Shown here piece after piece: positions 12,278 to 21,535 of a stretch of DNA of 64,000 bases. Position 1 is the stretch's first letter, and each line of letters starts with the position of its first letter. Made by a program: the position numbers and the translations under genes. The DNA lies in NCBI GenBank assembly GCA_965224025.1, contig OZ245033.1, forward strand, positions 4,032,001 through 4,096,000, read 5' to 3'. This stretch comes from Candidatus Multivorans sp. GTDB lineage: Bacteria > Acidobacteriota > Thermoanaerobaculia > Multivoradales > Multivoraceae. Under the pieces are notes generated by a model, which saw only the letters and a list, made by a program, of their open reading frames with translations, made no database searches and was not told the DNA's origin.

Positions 12278-12616
12278 GGATTTCTTCTACTAAATCGAGA
12301 CAGTGTCCCCTCGTCGTGTGGTCATGCTGGTGTGTGGTGGTGTAGCAAAGAGGATTGCACTCCACGTTCCATATTCTGGTCGTGCTTCCCGGAGTCGGAC
12401 ATGCCCAAGGCGTCGGGATGTCATGAAGCAGCGCTCCAAATGCACAAATGCCCCACCCAATGCGCCCAACGGTGTCCCCAACGCCGGCCGTAGGCGATCC
12501 GACAGGCTTGGGGTCAACGTCCGTACCGACCTGTGCGCCGACAGGGCCCATGGCCCACGCCGTTGTGGCGACCAGAAGAAGGAAGAACGGCCTGTGTCTT
12601 GGTGTGATCGCGACTC

Positions 12617-13657
12617 TCATTGTTCAAGGAACCGAGACGCGAGGCCGTCAATCTCAGCCCGGAGCGACGCTGGCATGTTGTCCCTCAGCAAATCCAGTTC
12701 CGCTTCGTAGGCCGGTCTTGCATCGTCGATGGCTGATCGCAGCATCTCAGGGCGACTACCGCTGATCGTTCTCAGAAGATCGACGAACTCCGGCGCGCGG
12801 CGCCTTGTCGCCCCGAGGCCCAACTCTTCCAGCTCCGGCGGCGACGCCCTGCGCACGACGACGCTGAGCAGCGACTGCAGCCACTGCTGGGTCAAGATGG
12901 AGTCCTGTTGACGCTGAGAATCCAGGAGGGTGATCGGTCCCGGTCCATCCAGTATGGCCGCGGCAACCGCCTGTTGCTCCCGACCCAGAGAGTTCAGGCT
13001 GTCCTCAAGAAGCTGGTCCAACGCTCCGGCCCGCTCCGCTGAAGCGACTCGGCCCAACAACCTGGACAACGCTGCCGCTCTCGCGTAGCGATCGAGCACG
13101 AAACCGAGAACGTCGCGTACGTCCCGCCCAGCAACAGTTCCGTCGTCGAGCACAACTGCTCCAACCTCTACACCTACGACCGAGTAGTTCCCTCGCGTGT
13201 CGCCGGAAGCGTCCGGTTGCTGCACGACCGGCAGGTCATGTTCAACGAACCGAGTTTCGTTCGGGCGCAGCGGGGAGTACTCGGTGGGCGCGTTCGGCGC
13301 CAGTAGCCCCGTGTACTTGTCCACTGCGAAACTGGAAACGCGGGCGGCCCCCGAATCAGAGCCAGCCACGAGATCAAGAGACCAGGCGGTAATCGTCCTC
13401 TGACTTCCGTTGCGGAGTGTCACCTGAACCTTGTCCTGGGGCGTCACGAAGACATCGTCGACCAAGAGAGCTTCCTCGGCGAGCACAGGCGCCACCGAAA
13501 TCGGGTTCGATGCGTACTGCGCCTCAATGAGAGCAGGCAGGCTCCTTAGTGGGACGGGTACGACGCTGTCTGGGTCTTGGGCGTTGGCCAACAGGGCCAC
13601 CAGCGCCAACGGCGCCAGCAGCCCAAGGCTGACCAGGTTCCGATTCATGTGTGTCAC
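12617..13657 (-). CDS. Secreted hypothetical protein, translationally coupled to the Cys-rich/SPM gene
   Basis: AGGAG RBS; signal peptide MNRNLVSLGLLAPLALVALLANA; Ig-like stretch VQVTLRNGSQRTITAW; stop overlaps next start (ATGA 12617-12620). Confidence 0.75.
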   Translation of the reverse strand: MTHMNRNLVSLGLLAPLALVALLANAQDPDSVVPVPLRSLPALIEAQYASNPISVAPVLAEEALLVDDVFVTPQDKVQVTLRNGSQRTITAWSLDLVAGSDSGAARVSSFAVDKYTGLLAPNAPTEYSPLRPNETRFVEHDLPVVQQPDASGDTRGNYSVVGVEVGAVVLDDGTVAGRDVRDVLGFVLDRYARAAALSRLLGRVASAERAGALDQLLEDSLNSLGREQQAVAAAILDGPGPITLLDSQRQQDSILTQQWLQSLLSVVVRRASPPELEELGLGATRRRAPEFVDLLRTISGSRPEMLRSAIDDARPAYEAELDLLRDNMPASLRAEIDGLASRFLEQ

Positions 13658-13681
13658 TTTTTCTCCTATGTGTTGTTCGTC

Positions 13682-13821
13682 ATGCTCCTAGCGTTTCGGA
13701 AATGCTCCTAGCGTTTCGGACAGGAATCATGCTAGCAGCCTTCAGCTCCTACGGACACGTCCGGGCGAAACGAGAATCGGACAGGAGGCGACTCGAATCG
13801 GACATCAGCGAACCGGAACCC
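13682..13821 (-). promoter_or_regulatory. Putative activator-dependent promoter with direct repeats (copy A)
   Basis: 19-bp tandem repeat ATGCTCCTAGCGTTTCGGA (13682, 13702); GAATCGGACA repeated at 21-bp period (13774, 13795); minus-strand -10 TAGCAT at 13729-13734; homologous to 16540-16669. Confidence 0.6.
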
Positions 13822-13930
13822 CACGCAGACTCTTGCGATCCCCGCCAGCCTCAGACGCGCTCCCGTTACCTGACTCTGGTAACGTCAACGGTTCCGCTTA
13901 GCGTACGTCGAGAGAAGAAGACGCTGTCCC

Positions 13931-15004
13931 ATGTCATCTGCACCGTCCGACCAACCCGTCTGGCTCTGGTGGAGCGGCGGCAAGGACTCGGCGTGGGTGC
14001 TCCACACGCTACGGAACGACCCGAAGTGGGAGGTGCGTGGGCTCGTCGCACTCGTCAATCGGAAGAACGGCCGGGTGACCATGCACGGAGTCCGTCGCCG
14101 CTTGATCGAGCGTCAGGCAGCCGCGGTCGGCCTGCCGCTCAAGCTGATCCAGTTCGACTGGACAGCCTCCGCGAACGACCACGACACGGCCATAGGGGCG
14201 GGCCTCCTCCGTTTGTGTCAGGACGATAACGCCGAGTTCGTCGCGTTCAGCGAGCTTGGCTCACCCCGGGCCGTGGAACGCCGGTCGGCGCTTCTCGGCA
14301 GCATCGGACTCCACCCTGTGTTCCCGTTGTGGGGCCGTGACCCGGCCGACCACGCCGCGGAGATCCTGAGGGCCGGATTGAAGGCCAGGGCGTGTTCCGT
14401 GGAGACGGACCGATTGCCGGCTGACCGCGCGGGCTGCCGCTTCGACGAGGACTTCGTGGCGAGGCTGCCCCGAGGCGTCGACCCGTGCGGCGAGAACGGC
14501 GAGTTTCACACGTTCGTCGAATGGGCTCCCGGATGGCCGTCGCGGGTCCCGACGGTCTCCGGTGGCAGGATCGAGTGCTACGGCTTCGGCTTCGCGGAGA
14601 TTGAGGAGTCCGCTCGGCAACCGAAGGAGGAGGCAGCCCGCCACCCAACTGCCGGCAACGACCCGTTCGACTACTACGCCAGGCTTCGGCGGGTTCGCGA
14701 GCACGTCGATCAGCATCTCAGGGAGCCTCTCGACCTGACCACACTGGCGCCCGTCGCGGCGATGAGTGCCGGGGGGTTCGGGAGGTTCTTTCGCGAAGCC
14801 ACCGGGCAGTCACTCCACGATTGGGTGGTCGGTCGTCGCCTCGAGCGAGCCGTCATCCCCCTCCGCGACCACAACGAACCGATCGGTCGAGTGGCCGAGG
14901 CCGTCGGTTTCGGCTCTGAACGAACGTTCCGCAGGCTGTTCCAGGGGCGATTCGGCTGTACTCCGTCCCGGTTCCGGTCAGAAGTACGGGGTGGACGCGG
15001 CTGA
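13931..15004 (+). CDS. PP-loop ATPase (diphthine-ammonia ligase/Dph6-like) fused to C-terminal AraC HTH domain
   Basis: WSGGKDS PP-loop, MHGVR, PVFPLWG, GVDPCGENGEFHTFV, then LRRVREHVDQHLREPL..LA..AAMS..FGRFFREATG..IGRVAEAVGFGSERTFRRLF..FGCTPSRFR. Confidence 0.88.
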   Translation: MSSAPSDQPVWLWWSGGKDSAWVLHTLRNDPKWEVRGLVALVNRKNGRVTMHGVRRRLIERQAAAVGLPLKLIQFDWTASANDHDTAIGAGLLRLCQDDNAEFVAFSELGSPRAVERRSALLGSIGLHPVFPLWGRDPADHAAEILRAGLKARACSVETDRLPADRAGCRFDEDFVARLPRGVDPCGENGEFHTFVEWAPGWPSRVPTVSGGRIECYGFGFAEIEESARQPKEEAARHPTAGNDPFDYYARLRRVREHVDQHLREPLDLTTLAPVAAMSAGGFGRFFREATGQSLHDWVVGRRLERAVIPLRDHNEPIGRVAEAVGFGSERTFRRLFQGRFGCTPSRFRSEVRGGRG

Positions 15005-15260
15005 TCTCCTCGGCCTGCCACGCCACCGCCCAGCAAGGCCGCAACCACGTCCTCGACCGACAACGCCCTCCGGCTCGCCGCGGATCAGCAAGCAGTGACA
15101 CTCCTTCGCAGCCGGGCCTCTGCGCTTCCCGCATCCAACGCTCTGGTGGTGGGGGCGGAGGTGCCCGACTTGCCAACGCCCTGCGAAAGGTTGACGGGCC
15201 GGGGCGTGCGCAACCAGCCAAGAGCACCGCTCGCCGGTTCCGCGATCTCGTTCTATCGCA

Positions 15261-16348
15261 TCAGGGGCAGAGGATTTCGCCGCGGCAGCACCGGGGCTCG
15301 ACTTCCGCCTGTTGTTCTACCTTCATCGTCGTACCGGTGACCGCCACGACCGCGTAGACGATCAGTCGGTGGTCGTGGCCGCCCTCCACCATCGCCGAAC
15401 TCAATAGCCGCTCGAGCGACGCGGTCGGCACATCCTGTTCGCTCCACAGAACCTCGGCCTCGCGGTCAAGGCCCAGAGAGTCGCGGATGTCCAGCGCGGC
15501 CACGAATCGCCACGTCTCGTCAGTCGGGATCGTGGGACCGTCGAGTCTGTTCGCCGCAGCCGACCGTGACGGCCCGTTCGGTCGATCGAAGCTGACCATC
15601 GGGCGGTGAAGGTTGAGACGTCGATGTCTCGCGACCTTGAGCGCCAACACGCGGTCGGGAGCGAATGCGCGGCGCGGCGTCGCGGTCTCGACGTTCTCGA
15701 GAGCTTCCGCGACTGCCGCGTGGTTGGACGATCCGACCGCCACGTACCGGTTGGTCAATCGATCCCGTTCCGCCACCACGTACTCGTTGACGAAGAAGCT
15801 CGAAATCGGCGTCAGACTGCCGGGTGGATCTCGGCCATGAAGCGAAGCACTAACTCCCGCATGGGGGCCGACCGTTCTTCAAGTTCGGCCTGCCGACGTC
15901 CCTGCTCGTCGTCCACTTGTGCGGCGAACCGGCTCAGCCGTCCGAGGCCATTCGGCGACAGACCGAACCGCCGAATCTCGTCCTCACGTTCGGCCACAAG
16001 GTCGCGACCCGTGGGTCCACGCTGTAACACGAAGTTGCGCCACAGTACGTGCCAGACCGGCACCAACTCGGGATTGGTCGTGCTGTTGACGAACTTGTCG
16101 GGTAAGAAACCGGGGCCGCAGTCGGGAGCCCGTCCGGCCGCTACCGCGACCCGGTAGGTTTCGCTGACAGCTTCCCGTTGGTGTCCGGCCCGCAGCTCTT
16201 CCGACGTGATGCGGTCCAGGACCGGCCACCACAGCGGCGAATCCGCGGGAGTGGTGGGGTCGGTGTATTGGCTGGCCGCTAGAGCGGGCCAGAAAGCGAT
16301 CATCGAGGCCGCGGCCCATCTGATCACGCCTACTCGCTGTCGACTCAT
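15261..16348 (-). pseudogene. Secreted hypothetical protein, probably one gene frameshifted near 15822
   Basis: GGAGG RBS before ATG 16348, signal peptide MSRQRVGVIRWAAASMIAFWPALAAS; 15261-15779 frame is open upstream to the CACCCGGC run (GSLTPISSFFVNEYVV). Confidence 0.55.
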
Positions 16349-16539
16349 TCGTCGTCCTCCCTGTTGGTTGGTGTCCACAAGAACGGGGCAACTCCAGTGT
16401 GGCCAAGTTTCGGTTCATGTGTGTCCCGCGCGACTCGCCTTCCACGTCGCATTCCGTGGAATACGTCGAGCTGCGGCGCCGGGAGCATCAATCCCGCCCG
16501 GCGGCTCGCCGCACCCTCTACGGCTTTCCTTGCTGCGTC

Positions 16540-16669
16540 TCGTTCATGAATGCTCCGGCGCCTCCGACTGCAGCCACGTTAGCGCGCCTTCCGGGCCCAT
16601 AGACATGCTCGGGCGGAACAAGAAACGGGAAAGAGGCGACTCGAACCGGCCAACAGAGAACCGGAACCC
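16540..16669 (-). promoter_or_regulatory. Putative activator-dependent promoter (copy B, homolog of 13682-13821)
   Basis: 16611-16669 matches 13763-13821 at 49/59 nt by manual alignment; minus-strand -10 TAACGT at 16576-16581. Confidence 0.6.
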
Positions 16670-16684
16670 TCCCGGTAGCCTGAG

Positions 16685-16900
16685 TGTGTTGGCAACGCTC
16701 GGAAAGTGAGCCACCCAACGTTGGAAAGTGAGCCACCTCGGCCGTGTTGAGTGTACGCAAGTCTTCTCTCGTCGGTCTCCTTGAGTCAGTAACAGTAGCG
16801 GCTGCGGTACCTGTGGGAAACCGGTCTGCCGGTTTTTCAAGGCGGTGCGGGAAACGGTCTGCCGTTTTCCGCGGCGCCGGCAGCTTCCGCAGCCGGCCGC
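16685..16900. mobile_element. Orphan IS21-like terminal remnant
   Basis: TGT start followed by two GGAAAGTGAGCCACC repeats at 22-bp period (16701, 16723), then a palindrome-rich non-coding tract; no istA/istB nearby. Confidence 0.6.
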
Positions 16901-16934
16901 CGTTGCGGTCGTCTCGGGGGCAGCGGCGCGGCGG

Positions 16935-17225
16935 CCGCCGCACAGCAACGCCGCGATCACGTCGTCGGCCGGCACGCTCGCCTTCTCACCGCGAAACCCG
17001 GACAGCCGAAGGTAGGTGTCAGCCGCAGCCCGGTGAAAGCCCTCGGGCAGCCCCACCGCGGCCAACGTGTCGGCGATCTCTTCCATCTCGCCGGCGAAGC
17101 GCCATGCCTTCGGGGCCGTCGCGGACGACCTCACACTTCGCTTCTCCAATCCCGGCTGAGACCGCGCCCACTCCCCAAGCAGGCCGTCCTCGACGCCGTA
17201 GGCGCGCGCCGCGGCGCGAAGCGAG
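16935..17225 (-). pseudogene. 3' remnant of NAD(P)-dependent oxidoreductase (DUF1932-type C-terminus)
   Basis: ARAYGVEDGLLGEWARSQPGLEKR..APKAWRFAGEMEEIADTLAAVGLPEGFHRAAADTY. Confidence 0.7.
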
Positions 17226-17394
17226 TGGGTCGGATGAAGTCCAAGAACAGGTTGATCGTCGTTGTCTTTCCCGCTCCGTTCGGTCCCAGGAGGCCGAAGA
17301 TCTCTCCTTCGGCGATCTGGAAGTCGACACCGGTGACCGCCTTCGTTCCGTCGCCGAACACCTTCTTCAAGCCCCTTGCCTCGATCATTGGCAT
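17226..17394 (-). pseudogene. 5' remnant of ABC transporter ATP-binding protein
   Basis: MIEARGLKKVF..AVTGVDFQIAEGEIFGLLGPNGAGKTTTINLFLDFIRPT then abrupt junction; no Walker B or signature motif. Confidence 0.85.
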
Positions 17395-18330
17395 GCGCCC
17401 TCTCGTGTTCCCGCCGCGGTTCGCTTACCCAAACGCCGGCTTAGGTGAACGCCGGCCCAGACCACGCCCGCAAACACCGCGAGCGCCGCGAACGCCAACG
17501 CCGCCATCAGCCACGGCCGCCCGGCCGCGATCACATGCAGGCGCAGTGTTTTCGGTTCACTCTCCACCAGGCGGTCGCCGGCCAGGGTTCAGACCTTGAT
17601 CGACCCTTCGTAGTCGCCGAGGATCTGATCTGCGGAAGCGGTGAGGGCGACCGCAGCGATCTCGCGGCCGCCGGGTTGAAGCGAGTCGAACAGCGCACGG
17701 TCCAGCTCGGCTCGCCAGCCGAACGGCACGTCGACAGTGAGTTCCACCTGCTCGAGCGTCAGGCTGCCAGCGTTGACCACCTCGACCTCGAAGCTCACCG
17801 ACTCGCCTCGCACCACCTCATGGTAGAGGTTCGGGACATCCAGCCTCAGCTCCGCCACGCCCCGCGGGATCACCTGTAGGTCTATCCCGCCAGCGGCTGC
17901 CGACGCGACCCCCGTCGCCACCTCGTCGGCGTCCGCGGTCAGGAACATCGCGAACGGGATCATCAGGTCCGGCTGCACCAGGGCCATCGGCCGGTTCGGC
18001 ATCGTCAGCTTGAGGGCCAGCCTGCTCTCCATCACTCCCTCGGGGAAGAACACGCGGCTGAACGTTGCCCCCGAATCCGGATCGGAGACCTGCGCGGAGA
18101 CCTCCGGCGGCAGCCCGTCCAGCCGAAAGCCGTACGCCGCGCTATTGCCAGCAAAGCACTCCACCTGGAGTTCGTAGACCGCTTCGTCGCCCAGTTCGGC
18201 GTCGAGAGCGACGTAGTTCGAGCGCACGACGAGAGATTCGTCCGTGCCTGCGCGCTTCCCCAACAGAACCTGACGGCGGTCCACGTTGCCGTTATAGCGG
18301 AGTTCCACGAGCAACTCCTGAACGTCCGGC
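17385..18330 (-). pseudogene. NEW3/Ig-like domain membrane-anchored protein, 5'-truncated and frameshifted
   Basis: GESVSFEVEVVNAGSLTLEQVELTVDVPFGWRAE..LQPGG..GDYE; C-terminal TM helix (WLMAALAFAALAVFAGVVW) in another frame after ~17589. Confidence 0.65.
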
Positions 18331-19272
18331 AGGAGCGCTGCGAGCCATCGGTAGTGCCGGCACTCTCGCGACAACGCGTTCCGTCGCTCCAACCGCCGAC
18401 CGCGGTCGTCTTCCAGATCTTCCCGGGCGGGGACGATTTCCTGGACTGGGTCGACCGCGAACCCGCACCGGAACCGACGGCGCCATCCGGGCCGCGGCCC
18501 AACCCGCCGCCTGCGGATACAACGCCGCCGACAGAACCCACACGAGCACGCCCAGAACGAGCGACGTCGAGGGATGCCGACAGACCACCGACGAGGCAAG
18601 AGCCAGCGCGATCCAGAAGCAGCCGTAGAGCGCAACGAGCAGAAAGAAGAGCCCCGCTCTCACCCCTTCCGAAGCGTCGAGAGTCGGGCCCCCGACCATC
18701 GTCCACAGCAGGAAGCCGAGCAGTAGCAAGGAGCATGGCAGCACGACCATCAACACGCCGCCAAGAAACTCGCCGAACAGCAGGCTCGGCCGAGACACGC
18801 CCTTCGCGAGCTGCTGCTTCAGCGTTCCCGCCTCGCGCTCCCCGTTGATCACTCCGTGCGCAAAGAAGATATTCGTGAACCCGACGGTCAGCGCCAGAAC
18901 CCACGACAGATCGACGTTGAGTCGTCGGGCGGCCTCCACCACGGGCCGGTCCCGGCGCGAGACCCTGGTCTGGCCGAATCGCCCCGGAAACGCGGCGCTC
19001 GAGCCCAACCGCTCGCCGACGCCGCGGCTCAGCAAGCTGAGCGGAGTCGGCCGCCGTTCCAGGCTCCCCTCGAACTGAGCGTACACCTGGGCCTGCTCCA
19101 TCTCCCTGTCGTGAGCGACACGGCTCGCGTCGAACAAGCGCACCCGCTCTTGGTAGTCGAACCAAGACACCCAGACGGTGGACGCCGCAAGTACGGCGCC
19201 CACTGCCCAGGCCGACAAGAACCATCCGTTCCGGAGGCTCAGCCGACAGCGTTTTACCGCGATCCGCCACAT
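18331..19272 (-). pseudogene. ABC-2 type exporter permease, frameshifted/truncated
   Basis: MWRIAVKR..; RRPTPLSLLSRG; HGVINGEREAGTLKQQLAKGVSRPSLLFGEFLG; several TM helices; frame lost near 18460. Confidence 0.75.
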
Positions 19273-19323
19273 GCAGGAACGCAGCCCGATCTGCCAACGG
19301 CTCAACTGGAGATCAGCAACCCA

Positions 19324-19497
19324 CTAGATGCTGCAGTCCCACGCGTAGCAGAACTTCAAAAAGATGACACAGCACATGCTCTCGCCACCGCAAGCCGCGT
19401 GCTCGTTCCAGCACCACGCAGCGTCAGCCCGGGGCACACTCAGAGAAGCAGCCGTCAGCACGGCGGCGACGATCAGGGTCAGTTTCTTCTTCTTCAT
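19324..19497 (-). CDS. 57-aa secreted cysteine-rich peptide precursor (not in ORF track)
   Basis: GGAGG RBS; MKKKKLTLIVAAVLTAASLSVPRADA|AWCWNEHAACGGESMCCVIFLKFCYAWDCSI*; canonical Sec signal with A-D-A site; 6 Cys in 31-aa mature part. Confidence 0.85.
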   Translation of the reverse strand: MKKKKLTLIVAAVLTAASLSVPRADAAWCWNEHAACGGESMCCVIFLKFCYAWDCSI

Positions 19498-19530
19498 CTG
19501 TCTTCCTCCCTGTGGTTGGGTTTCTTCCCG

Positions 19531-20109
19531 TCATCGGGACTCATTGGGCCTGGCAGCCCCTTCGACATGTGATCCGAACGAGGTGTTTTCCGACTGCGGA
19601 GAACAGGCCCTGTGCCGGGACCCGCGCTTTGCCATCCGGCTCAACCGGGTGGTGACGGCCAAGCTGTGAACGGACGTCCGACCACCTGCCGTCAATACGT
19701 AGACTGCTCCCGAGCCGCCGACGGCGTAATCGACGGGAAAGAGCAACTCTCCCGAGCCCTGCCCTGCCTGCCCGAACTGACGCAGAATGTCGCCGGACCG
19801 CAATTCGATCTCCAGCAGCCGGTGGTTCATCATGTCGAGAACGAAGACCCGGTTGCCGTGGGGCCCGAAACGCTTGGCACCGTCAAGTTCCAGCGCAGAA
19901 GGCCAAGGCCCTGGTTCATAAGTAGCCCGCAGTACGTCGCGCTCCGAAGTGGCGCCGACCGGCGCGGTTGCCGCAGCGCGGCCCGGAATTCCGCCGCGAT
20001 GAGCCGCATCACCCGCCTTGAGAGCGGTTCCTTCCGAACCGGCGCAGCCCACCACAGCAAGGGCCACGGCGCCGTAAAAGCTGAGCCAACTCCTCCAGCT
20101 ATCGGACAT
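19531..20109 (-). pseudogene. NHL/6-bladed beta-propeller lipoprotein, probably truncated
   Basis: Lipobox VVGC; VFVLDMMNHRLLEI..LRQFGQAGQGSGELLFPVDYAV..VYV; too short for a full propeller. Confidence 0.65.
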
Positions 20110-20422
20110 GAGACACCTCAACGGCCCGCTTCAGACTCGAAACGGCCAGGACCTTTCCGCCTTGTCCCATTGTGAGCACCAAGGCCTCGGCCGCGTCGGA
20201 CCGACACTTCGTGAAGTACTCGTCCTCAAGCCCGGCCAACGTGCCCTTGGCCCGCACGCGCAAGCCGCCTGCTGCCGAGAGCACGTCCCGGCCGCGCTGG
20301 TTCGTCTCGACGACGGCGCCGCGCGAATCGAGCAGGAGGAGTCCAACCAGGGACTCATCGACCAGGGCGCCGGCGACTCCGGAAAGGTGGCCATCGCCCG
20401 CCGACGACGCCTGCAACGTCAT
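20099..20422 (-). pseudogene. Fragment with PAS-like segment (regulator remnant)
   Basis: VGLLLLDSRGAVVETNQRGRDVL..GGLRV resembles PAS segments of LuxR-type regulators; no HTH seen. Confidence 0.4.
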
Positions 20423-20459
20423 TGCGCAATCAGCCGGAGAAGAGCTTCCCGCTCGTCCC

Positions 20460-21504
20460 TCACGGACCGATCGAGACCGAGATCACGCCGACTCCGAGGA
20501 CGAGCGAGCACAGCAGGCCTGCGAAACCTCGGCGGTACGGCGGTCGAGCCGCGACAATGGAGCGGATCCTCCCTTCCAGCTTGGAGCGATGCACGATGGA
20601 TAGCGCAGCCACGGCCGGCTGCCGCCCCAGCCCTTCGGCAAGCGCCAGCAGATGCCGGGCGTAGTCCGAAGGCCGCGTGCCCGCCGCGAGCACCGCCTCG
20701 TCGCAGGCTTCCTCGCAACTGGCGGCAGCGAGCCGCGACGCCAGCCAGCTCAAGGGGTGAAACCAGTAGAGCGCCAGAACCGCGCGGCACGCGACGACCC
20801 GGAGCGGGTCGTGCCGGCGCACGTGGACCAGTTCGTGCGTGAGCACGACCCGGCGGCGCTCAGCCGACCAGTTCGCCGCCGCCGCGGGCAGCAGGATGAC
20901 GGGGCGCCTGAACCCGCCGGCCATGGGCGTGCGCACATCCGGACCGATCAGCAGCCGGACGCCCGCGCGAACGCTCAACTCCCGGCGCAGCGACTCCAGG
21001 CCGCCGAGCCAGGCCGAATCCTGGACCGGGCGCGCAGTCGCAACGAGCCGGCGGAAGCGGCCAACGCCCACGATCGTCGCCCGGAACGCCGCGGCGCAAC
21101 CGGCGGCCCACACCAGCAGGAGCAAGAGAGCGAGGCGCCCACCCGCCCAGACGGTCTCGTCGGCCCCTTGCCGGCCAGACGTCAACGGCGGGACGCGTGG
21201 CGAAGCGGCCTCCCGGCTCGGCTCCTCCTCAAGCTGCGACAATGCCGCGACCGTCTCGCCCGTGAAGAATGTCTCGGCCGGCACTGCTGGCAGTAGAGGA
21301 AGCTCCAACGAAGGTCCGATCCAGGTCCGGACGGGTGGGGCGAGCAGCAGCACGAACGCCGTCGTCCACAGATGATGACGGGGCTCCGCGGCGCGGTGCC
21401 GCGCGAGCCACGCCAAGCCGAGTGCCAAACAAGACAACGACCGTGACCCGAACCGCAAGCGCGAGTCCACTCGATATCCAGAAGCCCTCCGGGACTCCGT
21501 TCAT
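20460..21504 (-). pseudogene. BlaR1/MecR1-family M56 peptidase, frameshifted near 21425 and lacking C-terminal sensor
   Basis: TPMAGGFRRPVILLP, VVLTHELVHVRRHD, YWFHPLSW, EEACDEAVL, YARHLL, LEGRIRSI. Confidence 0.85.
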
Positions 21505-21535
21505 GGCCCTCCTCCGCCGCCCGGTCGATCAGCGC

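Larger units (their letters stand above)
10021..12620 (-). pseudogene. Secreted Cys-rich protein with C-terminal FrpC-like self-processing (Asp-Pro, Ca2+-binding) module; interrupted by ISL3 and frameshifted
   Basis: 5' part 12620-12278 (signal peptide MRVAIT...VGA) joins in frame to 10771 (..LVEEI|PYLPPVWQGC..) once the IS and one TSD copy are removed; frameshift near 10690; C-terminal EDPLIIS..FDLNGDG..W..DDAFLVLDRNGNGLIDDGRELF..NGFQAL..LRLWLDADRDG..GELVSL. Confidence 0.8.

Noticed and set aside
13682-16737. Short direct repeats (13682-13720, 16701-16737) as CRISPR arrays
   Set aside because: Only two units each, no spacer-length unique sequences and no cas genes
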